Shown here: one piece after another, positions 36,578 through 45,797 of the stretch
Layout of the letters: every line of letters starts with the position of its first letter
Numbering within the stretch: position 1 is the first letter of the stretch
Origin: an uncultured Eubacteriales bacterium
GTDB taxonomy: Bacteria > Bacillota > Clostridia > Oscillospirales > Acutalibacteraceae
DNA length: 64,000 bases
Direction of reading: 5' to 3'
Assembly (NCBI GenBank): GCA_900318905.1
Contig: ONMK01000001.1
Location: forward strand, 3,827 to 67,826
Program-made: the position numbers and the translations under genes
Notes under the pieces: model-generated
Database searches by the model: none
The model's input: only the letters and a program-made list of their open reading frames with translations
What the model was told of the DNA's origin: nothing

Positions 36578-37702
36578 TTATTCCTTATAGTTTCCCAAAA
36601 AGCTGAATTCGGGCATTTCGGCGCTCAGTTGGCTGAGCAGATCGATCACGCTGTCGCTGTAGACGCTGCCCGTAAAATCCAGATAAAAAAGGTACTCGAA
36701 ATCCTTTCCCTTTGCGGGGCGCGACTCGATTTTTGTGAGGTTGAGCCCCAGCGAATTAAAGCGGCAGAGCAGGTTATACAGCGAGCCCTTAACGTGCGGA
36801 AGCGAGAAGCAAAGGCTGATTTTATTGGCGTCGCGCGGAATGTAAAGCTCCTTCGAGATCACTATGAACCGCGTGGTGTTGTAGGGGTTGTCCTGCAAGC
36901 CCGCGTCAAGGATTTTAAGGCCGTATTCCTTTGCCGCCTCGGGAGTGCATATTGCCGCCACGTTAAGGCGCTTTTCACGCGCCGCGTCACGAGCCGCCAC
37001 TGCAGTGTTAGCCTTTGGAACAGCCGTAAAGTTGTGCTTTGCTATGTACCCCTCGCATTGAGAGAGCGCCTGAGGGTGCGACCAGACTATTTCAATGTCG
37101 CTTAGCTCCGACTGCCTTAAACCGGCAAGGCAATGGTCGATGTGCATGTCCACAGCGCCCACTATGTAAAAACGGTGCTTAAGGATAAGGTCATAAACCG
37201 CCGAAACCGAGCCCGCCGTTGAGTTTTCAACGGGCAGGATGCCGAAAGTTGCGTTTGAGCTGTCAACCGCGTCAAAAACGTCCTCAAAGGTCTTGCAGCT
37301 TTTTTGAGCGGCGGCGGGGAACAGCCTGCACATAGCCTCATAGCTGTTGGCACCCTTTATCCCCTGATACGCCACGGTTATGCCCTCTGCCTCGGAACGC
37401 TCCTTGGCGCGGGTTATCTCCTGCCGCAGCTCCTTGCCGCTGCCGATAATGTTGTGCTGCAGGGCGCGCGACAGCTCCATTATATTTGCGAACAAAAGGC
37501 GGGCCGACGCGCCGTATTCGCCGCCCTTTACCTGAACCGAGGCGAGGATCTCGTCCTCGCGCTGACGGTTGAGCACGGGAATGCCGCGCTCCTTTTTGTA
37601 TAAGCCTACCTCCTTGGCGCAGTCCATCCTGCGCTTGAACAGGTCGATAAGCTGATTGTCTATAGCGTCGATTTCAACGCGGATCTCACTTAAATCTCTC
37701 AT
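36578..37702 (-). CDS. pheA: Chorismate mutase / prephenate dehydratase
   Basis: N-terminal chorismate mutase (IDAID...RM), PVENSTAG, SHPQAL, NTTRF, LTKIESRP (ACT domain). Confidence 0.95.
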   Translation of the reverse strand: MRDLSEIRVEIDAIDNQLIDLFKRRMDCAKEVGLYKKERGIPVLNRQREDEILASVQVKGGEYGASARLLFANIMELSRALQHNIIGSGKELRQEITRAKERSEAEGITVAYQGIKGANSYEAMCRLFPAAAQKSCKTFEDVFDAVDSSNATFGILPVENSTAGSVSAVYDLILKHRFYIVGAVDMHIDHCLAGLRQSELSDIEIVWSHPQALSQCEGYIAKHNFTAVPKANTAVAARDAAREKRLNVAAICTPEAAKEYGLKILDAGLQDNPYNTTRFIVISKELYIPRDANKISLCFSLPHVKGSLYNLLCRFNSLGLNLTKIESRPAKGKDFEYLFYLDFTGSVYSDSVIDLLSQLSAEMPEFSFLGNYKE

Positions 37703-37710
37703 TTTCCACC

Positions 37711-38781
37711 TTACATAAGATTCAATACGGCAACAGCCGCAACAGCCTCTATAACAGGAACGGCGCGCGGCACAATGCAGGGGTCGTGCCTGCCGCGGAC
37801 TTCAAGCTCCGCGTTTTCGCCTGTCTGCAAATCAACGGTTTTCTGCGGCTTAGAAATCGAAGGCGTAGGCTTTATCGCGGCGCGGAAGATAACGGGCATT
37901 CCGTCGGTGATACCGCCTAAAATTCCGCCGCAGTTGTTTGTTTCGGTAACTACCGAGCCGTTTTCATAGCGGAACGGGTCGTTTGAAGCCGAACCGCGCA
38001 TACGCGCCAGCTCAAAGCCCGCGCCGAATTCGATTCCCTTAACGGCGGGGACACCGAAAACGGCCTTTGCTATAGCGCCCTCAACTCCGTCGAACATCGG
38101 CTCGCCCACTCCCGCGGGCAAACCTGTTACGGCGCATTCAATAACGCCGCCTACGCTGTCCATGTCAAGGCGGGCTGACTCGACCTCGGCGCGCATAGCC
38201 GCCTCTTTTTCCGTGTTGATCAGCGCGAAGGATGATTTGCTCAGGCGTTCCATAAGCTCGGGTGAAATATCAACAGGGTCAAAACGCTCGTCAGTTACAT
38301 TTCCTATCCGCTCGATATGAGCGGCGATTTTCACGCCCTTTTTCTCAAGAAGCTGACGGCACACAGCGCCCGCGAAAACAATCGGAGCGGTGATCCTCCC
38401 CGAAAAATGTCCGCCGCCGCGGATATCGTTTGAGGCGCGGTATTTTACAAAGGCGGTGTAGTCGCTGTGTCCGGGGCGCGGCTTTGTAAGCAGGTTTGAG
38501 TAATCCTGCGAGCGGGTGTTGGTGTTCTCGATGACCGCGCAGAGCGGAGCGCCGGTGAGGGTATCGCCGAGCATTCCCGAAAGTATTTTCGGCAGGTCGC
38601 TCTCCTTTCGCGGAGTGGCGGTTTTGTCGCGCCCGGGAGCGCGCCTCGCCATCTGAGCAAGCACAGCGTCCATATCTATTTTTTCACCCGCGGGCAAGCC
38701 GTCGATGACAACGCCGATACCGCTGCCGTGGCTCTCGCCGAACACGGATATTTTTATTTTATCTCCAAATGTTGAGGACAT
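37711..38781 (-). CDS. aroC: Chorismate synthase
   Basis: FGESHG, PRPGHSD, GGGHFSGR, KPTPSI, GRHDPC. Confidence 0.97.
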   Translation of the reverse strand: MSSTFGDKIKISVFGESHGSGIGVVIDGLPAGEKIDMDAVLAQMARRAPGRDKTATPRKESDLPKILSGMLGDTLTGAPLCAVIENTNTRSQDYSNLLTKPRPGHSDYTAFVKYRASNDIRGGGHFSGRITAPIVFAGAVCRQLLEKKGVKIAAHIERIGNVTDERFDPVDISPELMERLSKSSFALINTEKEAAMRAEVESARLDMDSVGGVIECAVTGLPAGVGEPMFDGVEGAIAKAVFGVPAVKGIEFGAGFELARMRGSASNDPFRYENGSVVTETNNCGGILGGITDGMPVIFRAAIKPTPSISKPQKTVDLQTGENAELEVRGRHDPCIVPRAVPVIEAVAAVAVLNLM

Positions 38782-38791
38782 GTTTTCCTCC

Positions 38792-40057
38792 TTACTCAAT
38801 CACTTCACAGCCGCCGATTTTCCGATAATCCCTGTAAAAATCGGGATAGCTTTTGTTTATGCTCCACGCGTCAGAGCATTTTATTTCGCCGCCGCATTTA
38901 GCAGCGCATACAGCCGCCGACATAACGATACGGTGGTCGTTGCAGCCGTCGGCTTCGCCGCCGCCGAGCCGCTCAACGCCCGTGATCTCCAATCCGTCGG
39001 GCAGCTCAATTACCTTGCCGCCCAGCGCGTTAAGCAGGTCCGCCGTGGATTTAAGGCGGTCGCTCTCCTTTATGCGCAGCCTTTCGGCGTTGATTATCCT
39101 TGTGGTTCCCTTTGCAAAGCAGGCGCAGACCGCAAGCACGGGCACAAGATCGGGGATTTGCGCGGCGTCTATGGTAACAGCGCTCAAAGGCGCCTTTTTT
39201 ACGGTGATTCTGCCGCCGTCCTGATGAACCTCGGCGCCGAACTCGCGCAGCAGAGCCGCTATCTTCCGGTCGCCCTGCGAGGAGTCGATATTGGCGTTCA
39301 CCACGGTAACGTCGCCGCCTACAGCGCCCGCCGCAAGGAAGAACGCCGCCTGCGACCAGTCGCCGTCGGTGACATAGTCGGTCGGGATATAGTGCTGCAT
39401 TCCGCGCACATGCCAGCCCCTGTCGGTCATGTCGACCTCGATTCCGAACTTTGACATGGTGCGGATAGTCATATTGATATAACCCGCGCTTTGAATAGGT
39501 GAGGTAAGTATAATATCGCTGTCACCCTTAAGCAGGGGCAGCGCCAGCAAAAGCCCCGTAATAAACTGCGAGCTGACGTTGCCGGGAATATAAAACACGC
39601 CGCTTTTCAGCCTGCCGCTTATTGTCAGCGGCAGTCCGCCCTGTGTAGCGCAGACTACTCCCTTTTCGGGCAGCGCCTCGGTGTAAATGCCTATAGGGCG
39701 CTCGGGAAGCCTGCCGCAGCCCGTAAACGTCGCCTCAACGCCGCCTGCCGCGGCAACGGGGATCATAAAGCGCAGTGTGCTTCCGCTCTCGCCGCAGTCA
39801 AGCACGGCGGAGCTTTTACCGAACATGCGCGAGCCGTCGACTGTCAGAACATTATCTTCGATTTTTGCAGCAGCGCCCAGAGCCTCAACACAGCGGATCG
39901 TCGCCTTTATGTCCTCGGACAGGGCGACGGGTGAAATAGTGCATACGCCTTTTGACAGCGCCGCACAGATAACCGCCCTGTGCACGTCGCTTTTTGAGGG
40001 CGGCGCAAATACCGTTCCGTTTGGCTCAAACGGCTTGAATGTAACGTGATTTTCCAT
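38792..40057 (-). CDS. aroA: EPSP synthase
   Basis: PPSKS, CGESGSTLRF, SSQF, RIKESDR, DHRI. Confidence 0.97.
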   Translation of the reverse strand: MENHVTFKPFEPNGTVFAPPSKSDVHRAVICAALSKGVCTISPVALSEDIKATIRCVEALGAAAKIEDNVLTVDGSRMFGKSSAVLDCGESGSTLRFMIPVAAAGGVEATFTGCGRLPERPIGIYTEALPEKGVVCATQGGLPLTISGRLKSGVFYIPGNVSSQFITGLLLALPLLKGDSDIILTSPIQSAGYINMTIRTMSKFGIEVDMTDRGWHVRGMQHYIPTDYVTDGDWSQAAFFLAAGAVGGDVTVVNANIDSSQGDRKIAALLREFGAEVHQDGGRITVKKAPLSAVTIDAAQIPDLVPVLAVCACFAKGTTRIINAERLRIKESDRLKSTADLLNALGGKVIELPDGLEITGVERLGGGEADGCNDHRIVMSAAVCAAKCGGEIKCSDAWSINKSYPDFYRDYRKIGGCEVIE

Positions 40058-40059
40058 AG

Positions 40060-41109
40060 TTAAGTCGTAATAAAATCTTCCAGCCCGTCCAGCGGCAGAG
40101 GATAAATGACGCTTTCGCCTATCCCTTTCAGCAAAACGAGGTTTATGCTGCTTCCCGCTGTCTTTTTGTCACCCATAGCCGCCTCTGCCATATCGGCGAA
40201 GGAAGCGCTGTCGGAAGTGGGAAGCTCGTACTTTTTACACAGCGCGGCGATTCTGTCCGCGGTGCCCGAGGGTGTGATACCCTGCTTTTCGCCCGCGCGG
40301 GAAATAAGCACCATGCCAACGGCAACCGCCATTCCGTGTGTAATTCCGGTAAAGTTGTAAATTTTTTCAATAGCGTGGCCGAGAGTATGGCCGAAATTCA
40401 AGAGCATTCTCTCGCCCGCCTCGCGCTCGTCGCGGCTTACGACGTCGCGCTTTATCGAAACGCAGGTTTCAATAACGTCCTCGATATGGCTGAGCGCGTC
40501 AACCGATTCAAGGTTTTCAAAAAACGCCGCGTCCTTGATGCAGCCGTACTTAATGACTTCAGCCATGCCGTCCGCGATAAACCTGTCGGGCAGGGTGTTG
40601 AGCGTGTCGGGGTCGATAAGCACGCCGATAGGCTGATGAAACGCGCCGACAAGGTTTTTGCCCTGAGCCAGATCAACGCCCGTTTTTCCGCCGACGGACG
40701 AATCCACCTGAGCCAAAAGCGAGGTGGGAACCTGGATAAAATCGATTCCGCGCAGGTATGTAGCCGCCGCGAAGCCCGCCATATCGCCGCAGACGCCGCC
40801 GCCCAGGGCAACGATAACGTCCTTGCGCGTCACGCGGAAATCGGCGAGTACCTTGTAAATATTTTGGATCGTTCGCAGGTGCTTGCTCTCCTCACCCGCG
40901 GGGAAAATAAAGCTTTTTACATCTAAATTCTGTTTTGAAAGCGAGTTTAAAACGCGCCACTGATAAAGCTGGGCAACGTTTGAGTCGGTTACCACAACCA
41001 CCTTTTCGGCGTTTGAAAGCTCTTTTACAAACTCGCCGCAGCGGTCGATAATACCCCGCTCAATAAAAATATCATACGGTTTGCCCGTGCTGACATGTAC
41101 GGTTTTCAT
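40060..41109 (-). CDS. aroB: 3-dehydroquinate synthase
   Basis: GGGVCGD, PTSLLAQVDSSVGGKTG, LNFGHTLGHAIE. Confidence 0.97.
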   Translation of the reverse strand: MKTVHVSTGKPYDIFIERGIIDRCGEFVKELSNAEKVVVVTDSNVAQLYQWRVLNSLSKQNLDVKSFIFPAGEESKHLRTIQNIYKVLADFRVTRKDVIVALGGGVCGDMAGFAAATYLRGIDFIQVPTSLLAQVDSSVGGKTGVDLAQGKNLVGAFHQPIGVLIDPDTLNTLPDRFIADGMAEVIKYGCIKDAAFFENLESVDALSHIEDVIETCVSIKRDVVSRDEREAGERMLLNFGHTLGHAIEKIYNFTGITHGMAVAVGMVLISRAGEKQGITPSGTADRIAALCKKYELPTSDSASFADMAEAAMGDKKTAGSSINLVLLKGIGESVIYPLPLDGLEDFITT

Positions 41110-41118
41110 ATTTCCTCC

Positions 41119-41949
41119 TCATTCGCCGAGCGCCTGTTTTACGCTGTGACCGCGCTCAAGCAGAGCCGCAAGCTCCTCGCGGTTTTCGGCTTTTATAGCC
41201 GTGTACAGCTTGTTCAGATTCTCGTTAAGGGTTTCAAGCTCCGCCATAAGCGGCTCGCGGTTCTCAAGAAACAGCTCGCTCCAGAGCTTTGAGTTGATAT
41301 TTGCCACGCGCGAAACGTCGCGGTAGCTGCCGGCTGAGAAGCCCTTGTGATTGGGGCAGCTTGGGCTGAGTACATATGCGCACGCCAAAACGTGCGGAAG
41401 CTGCGACGTAAACGCTATCATACGGTCGTGCTCCTCGGGCGTAGTTACCTTGATCGTGCCGAAGCCGATTTCAAGCGCCAGCGACGCAAGCGCGTTTACC
41501 GCCTTTTTGTCGGCTCCGCAGGGCGTAATTATAAAGCTTGCGCCCATAAACAGGTTTTCATCGCTCGCGCCAAAGCCGTTCTTCTCCTTGCCTGCCATCG
41601 GGTGACTGCCGACAAAGGTGAAGCCGAATTCCTCGGAAAGGCTTTTAAGCTGAGGGCAAAGCACGGTTTTTATGCCCGCCGCGTCGGTAACGATCGCGTC
41701 CGGACGGATGTATTTTCCGTTTTCCTCAATAAAATCGACGCACGCCTGCGGATACATGCAGAGTATGATGATATCCGCATCTCCGAGGCTCTCGGGAGTT
41801 CCGATAACGTTGACCGCGCCCTCGGCAAGCGCCTTTTCGGCGACGCTCTTGGTGCGGTTGATTCCGATAACCGTGTGCGGAGTGTAAGCTTTGATCGCCT
41901 TGCAGTAGCTTCCGCCGATAATGCCGAGTCCTACAACTGCTATTTTCAT
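41119..41949 (-). CDS. tyrA: Prephenate dehydrogenase
   Basis: GLGIIGGS, HPMAGKE, EHD...SQLPH. Confidence 0.93.
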   Translation of the reverse strand: MKIAVVGLGIIGGSYCKAIKAYTPHTVIGINRTKSVAEKALAEGAVNVIGTPESLGDADIIILCMYPQACVDFIEENGKYIRPDAIVTDAAGIKTVLCPQLKSLSEEFGFTFVGSHPMAGKEKNGFGASDENLFMGASFIITPCGADKKAVNALASLALEIGFGTIKVTTPEEHDRMIAFTSQLPHVLACAYVLSPSCPNHKGFSAGSYRDVSRVANINSKLWSELFLENREPLMAELETLNENLNKLYTAIKAENREELAALLERGHSVKQALGE

Positions 41950-42956
41950 CAGGTTAACGCCTTCTTAAGTGAGAATAATTTTTTAGCCACATCGTCAAAC
42001 TGCTTCGGAGTCAGCGACTGGGCGCCGTCCGAGAGCGCGTGAGGCGGATCGTTATGCACTTCGATAATAAGTCCGTCGGCTCCCGCCGCGACCGCCGCCA
42101 TAGCGAGCGGCTCAACAAGCCAGCTTTTTCCCGCGGCGTGGCTGGGGTCTACGATCACGGGCAGATGCGAAAGCTTTTTTATTACCGGGATAGCCGACAC
42201 GTCAAGCGTGTTGCGCGTAAATGTTTCGTAGGTGCGTATGCCTCTCTCGCACAGCATGACCTTGTCGTTGCCGCCCGCCATGATGTACTCGGCGCTCATA
42301 AGCCATTCCTCAATGGTGGCTGACAATCCGCGCTTGAGCAAAATGGGCTTATTTGTTTTGCCGAGCTCTTTAAGAAGCTCAAAGTTCTGCATATTTCTCG
42401 CGCCGACCTGGATAATATCGACGTTTTCAAACATGTCGATATGCGACACGCGCATGATTTCGGTGACGATTGGCAGCCCCGTTTCCTTTCTTGCGGTCTT
42501 GAGCAGGTCAAGCCCTTCCGATTTAAGCCCCTGGAACGCGTAAGGCGAGGTACGCGGCTTAAAAGCGCCGCCTCTGAGCAGTGTTGCGCCGGACTTTTGA
42601 ACGCTTTTGGCGATACCGACTATCTGCTCCTCGCTTTCGACCGAGCAGGGTCCCGCCATAATGTGAAGGCTGCCGTCGCCTATGGTGACGTTTTCGCTGA
42701 TTTTGATTTGGGTGTTTTCGGGGTGAAACTTGCGGTTCGCCTTTTTATACGGCTCCTGAACGCGCTTTACGCTCTCGACAATATCCTGCGCCTCGATATA
42801 CTCAATATCGATCTGCGTTGTGTCGCCGATAAGACCGAGAACCGTGGAGTGAACGCCGTCCCAACGGTTGATTTTAACGTCATAGTCGGTTTTCAGCTTT
42901 TCGGTAAAGGTCAAAAGCTGTTCCGGTGTTGTGGTCGATTTTAATACAATGATCAT
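41949..42956 (-). CDS. aroF: DAHP synthase (type I-beta, N-terminal regulatory domain)
   Basis: [38 protein letters not shown]. Confidence 0.95.
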   Translation of the reverse strand: MIIVLKSTTTPEQLLTFTEKLKTDYDVKINRWDGVHSTVLGLIGDTTQIDIEYIEAQDIVESVKRVQEPYKKANRKFHPENTQIKISENVTIGDGSLHIMAGPCSVESEEQIVGIAKSVQKSGATLLRGGAFKPRTSPYAFQGLKSEGLDLLKTARKETGLPIVTEIMRVSHIDMFENVDIIQVGARNMQNFELLKELGKTNKPILLKRGLSATIEEWLMSAEYIMAGGNDKVMLCERGIRTYETFTRNTLDVSAIPVIKKLSHLPVIVDPSHAAGKSWLVEPLAMAAVAAGADGLIIEVHNDPPHALSDGAQSLTPKQFDDVAKKLFSLKKALT

Positions 42957-42994
42957 TATTCAATTTACCCCTTTAAATAAATAATACAGTAGAT

Positions 42995-43023
42995 ATTTTA
43001 CCACTTTAAAGCGCTATAGTCAA
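42995..43023 (-). promoter_or_regulatory. aroF operon promoter with overlapping palindromic operator
   Basis: Minus strand TTGACT-N17-TAAAAT; CACTTTA-AAGCGC-TATAGTC at 43002-43021. Confidence 0.6.
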
Positions 43024-43036
43024 TAGTGAAATAGTA

Positions 43037-43546
43037 TCATTTTCTGAGATTCAAGGCTTCAATCAGGGAGTTTGTTGTTTTCAGGGGAGTGCTCTCGCCC
43101 TTCACAACAACGTCGGCAGCCGCAAGGTATTTAGGCATTCTGCTGTTATAAAGCTCGGTTATCACCTTATCCCTGTCAGGGCGCTGCAAAAGCGGGCGCT
43201 TTTTGTCGTTGCGAAGCCGTAAACGAATAATTCGCAGAGGCACGTCAAGCAGCACGATGGTATCGGTACCTCGGAACACCTCGACATTGCGCTTAAAGGT
43301 AAGCGCTCCGCCGCCTGTTGCCACAATAAGGTTCCGCTTTTTTGAAAGCTCAGTGCATGCCTCGTGCTCAAGCTCGCGGAAGCCCTCCTCGCCGCATTCG
43401 GCAAAGATTTCCGCTACGGTTTTGCCCGCCTGTTTTTCAATATATTCGTCCATATCGACAAAGTGCCTGCCAGTCTTTTTGGCGGCGCTTTTGCCTATTG
43501 TGGATTTTCCGCAGCCCATAAAGCCGCAAAGAATAATGTTGTTCAT
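43037..43546 (-). CDS. aroK: Shikimate kinase
   Basis: GFMGCGKS, FRELE, ATGGG, RPLL. Confidence 0.95.
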   Translation of the reverse strand: MNNIILCGFMGCGKSTIGKSAAKKTGRHFVDMDEYIEKQAGKTVAEIFAECGEEGFRELEHEACTELSKKRNLIVATGGGALTFKRNVEVFRGTDTIVLLDVPLRIIRLRLRNDKKRPLLQRPDRDKVITELYNSRMPKYLAAADVVVKGESTPLKTTNSLIEALNLRK

Positions 43547-43657
43547 GTTTACCTCAAAATAATCAATGTCGTCAACTTAAGAAAAATGCCTACTAATAAT
43601 CAATAATTGATAAAACAGCAGCGTTTACGACATTGCCCGATACATCGATTCAGCGGT

Positions 43658-44500
43658 CTATTTGTTCAGCATAGCTTCGGCGGCGTCCCTGCAGAGCTGT
43701 TCGATATCCCTGCTGTCATACTCCGAGCCGTCCCAGATTTTGTGCGCGGCTGCCGCCTGCCATACAAGCATCGACATTCCGCCCTCGGCCTTGGCGCCGT
43801 TTGCCTTGGCTCGTTTGACAAGCGCGGTTTCATAGGGGTTGTAAATAGCGTCATACACCGCGCCGCATCTGCCTATAGCGCAGTTGTGGATAGGCTGGTC
43901 GTCAACGTTGGGGTACATGCCTACGGGAGTGGCGTTAATAAGCACGTCAACAGTGCCTATGATCTGGTCGATAAGGCCGAAGCTCACCTGAGCGTCGGGG
44001 ATTTTTCGCGTTATGTCAAGGCACAAAAGCCCTGCCTTGCCCACGCTCTGACGGCGCACGGCAAACTCAAACGGCTTGTCCCTCAGCGCTATCTCATACG
44101 CCATGGTGCGAGCCACGCCGCCGCAGCCCAAAATCATGATTCTGCCTTCAAGCTTTATGCCCGCCGCTTCGATCGCCCTGATAAAGCCGTCGGGGTCAGT
44201 GGTGTAGCCCTTTGTTTTTCCTTGGGCATTAGCCACGGTGTTTACGCTGCCGTACATCTTCGCCTTGTCGTCAAGCGAGTCAAGCAGCGGAATGATACTC
44301 TGCTTGTGGGGAATGGTGATATTGTATCCGTCAAGCTTCTTCAGCGTGCGCTCATACTCCCCGGCAAGCGCCTCGGGCGCTATGTCAAGAGCCGTATATT
44401 CCGCGTCGATCCCTGCCAAATCAAACAGCCTTTTGTGAATAAAAGGCGACATTGTGTGCCCTATAGGGTGCCCTATAACCGCATATTTCTTTTTTGACAT
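43658..44500 (-). CDS. aroE: Shikimate dehydrogenase
   Basis: GHPIGHTMSP, NITIPHK, SVNT, GCGG, INATPVGM, MLVWQA. Confidence 0.95.
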   Translation of the reverse strand: MSKKKYAVIGHPIGHTMSPFIHKRLFDLAGIDAEYTALDIAPEALAGEYERTLKKLDGYNITIPHKQSIIPLLDSLDDKAKMYGSVNTVANAQGKTKGYTTDPDGFIRAIEAAGIKLEGRIMILGCGGVARTMAYEIALRDKPFEFAVRRQSVGKAGLLCLDITRKIPDAQVSFGLIDQIIGTVDVLINATPVGMYPNVDDQPIHNCAIGRCGAVYDAIYNPYETALVKRAKANGAKAEGGMSMLVWQAAAAHKIWDGSEYDSRDIEQLCRDAAEAMLNK

Positions 44501-44760
44501 TATGATTCCTCCGTTCAAATATCATAATTAGCTATTCAATTTCAGATAGAATGATAATTATTTATGCAAAATCTGGAATTTTCCAAAAAAATTCAAAATA
44601 CATATTGACAAAGCGGTAAAAACTCAATAATATGGAAGTGTAACAAACAGGGTGTTTGTTTTACGATGATTAAATCCGATAATCATTGTAGCACAAAATA
44701 TGTGCTTTTGTCTACTGTAACCACAGGACGGGTACATAATATTTTACAGGAGGAATTATC

Positions 44761-44988
44761 ATGGTATTGGAAAAAGTTAAGGCTATCCTTGCCGAGCAGT
44801 TTGATGTAGAAGAGGATAAAATCACTGAGGAAACCGACCTTCAGGAAGATCTCGGCGCTGATTCTCTGGACGTTGTTGACCTTTTGATGTCAATTGAGGA
44901 CGAGTTTGAGGTTGAGGTTCCCGACGAGGAAATCGAAAACATCAAGACCGTTGGCGCTCTTGTCGCTTACATCGAGGCTAACTCATAA
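44761..44988 (+). CDS. acpP: Acyl carrier protein
   Basis: DLGADSLDVV motif, acidic, 75 aa, AGGAGG RBS. Confidence 0.97.
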   Translation: MVLEKVKAILAEQFDVEEDKITEETDLQEDLGADSLDVVDLLMSIEDEFEVEVPDEEIENIKTVGALVAYIEANS

Positions 44989-45008
44989 TTAACTTTCAAC
45001 GCTTTGAT

Positions 45009-45039
45009 AAAGACATTGGCTTTTGCCGGTGTCTTTTTT
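45009..45039 (+). terminator. acpP terminator
   Basis: AAAGACATTGGC-TTTT-GCCGGTGTCTTTTT. Confidence 0.7.
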
Positions 45040-45119
45040 GTTTGCGTTTTCGCGTATTGCAAAAACGCGCAGCTTATGGTATACTATAGTATATACCGTT
45101 TCAGGCAAGGAGCAAGCTG

Positions 45120-45683
45120 ATGACTACCCTAACCAAGGACGCAATCAAAAAATCTTTTATGAAGCTTTTAAACGCAAAGCCCATCAATAAAATAACCGTC
45201 AAGGAAATCGTAGAGGACTGCGGGATAAACCGCAACTCCTTTTACTATCACTTTGACGATATTCCCGCGCTGATAGAGGAAATACTCAACGAACAGGCTG
45301 ACGCGCTTGTTCAGACAAGCAGCAGGGAAGTCAACATCTACGAAAGCATACTAAAGGGCATGGAGTTTGCAATGCAGAACAAAACCGCCATGCTTCACCT
45401 TTACAACTCCGTAAACAAGGACGTTTTTGAGCGTTACCTTAACCGCGTCGCGAACTACACCGTGACCGAGTGCTTTAATATCTATTTTTCGGAAGAAAAT
45501 CTGTACGAGGAAGATAAGCAGGCTATAATAATGTATTACAAAAGTCTGCTGGTAGGCTTTGTCATTGAGTGGCTGAGCAGCGGAATGAAATACGACCTAA
45601 GAAACCAAGTCCGCCGCCAGTGCGAGCTGTTTGAAGGTACTACCGAAACCGCCGTTAAAAGGTGCAGGCGAAAAGAAAATTAG
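45120..45683 (+). CDS. TetR/AcrR family regulator
   Basis: ITVKEIVEDCGINRNSFYYHF helix-turn-helix. Confidence 0.93.
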   Translation: MTTLTKDAIKKSFMKLLNAKPINKITVKEIVEDCGINRNSFYYHFDDIPALIEEILNEQADALVQTSSREVNIYESILKGMEFAMQNKTAMLHLYNSVNKDVFERYLNRVANYTVTECFNIYFSEENLYEEDKQAIIMYYKSLLVGFVIEWLSSGMKYDLRNQVRRQCELFEGTTETAVKRCRRKEN

Positions 45684-45797
45684 GCATTTTTATATTTTTG
45701 TCTAAAAAACGTGCATTAAGAAATAAATGCACGTTTTATTTTTTTATTTTAGAAAATATAATTATTATGGAACTTTGTGAAAAAAGGAGTATTCTAT

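Noticed and set aside
43607-44497. 296-aa plus-strand ORF, considered as the missing aroD
   Set aside because: Antisense to aroE and has no dehydroquinase motifs.
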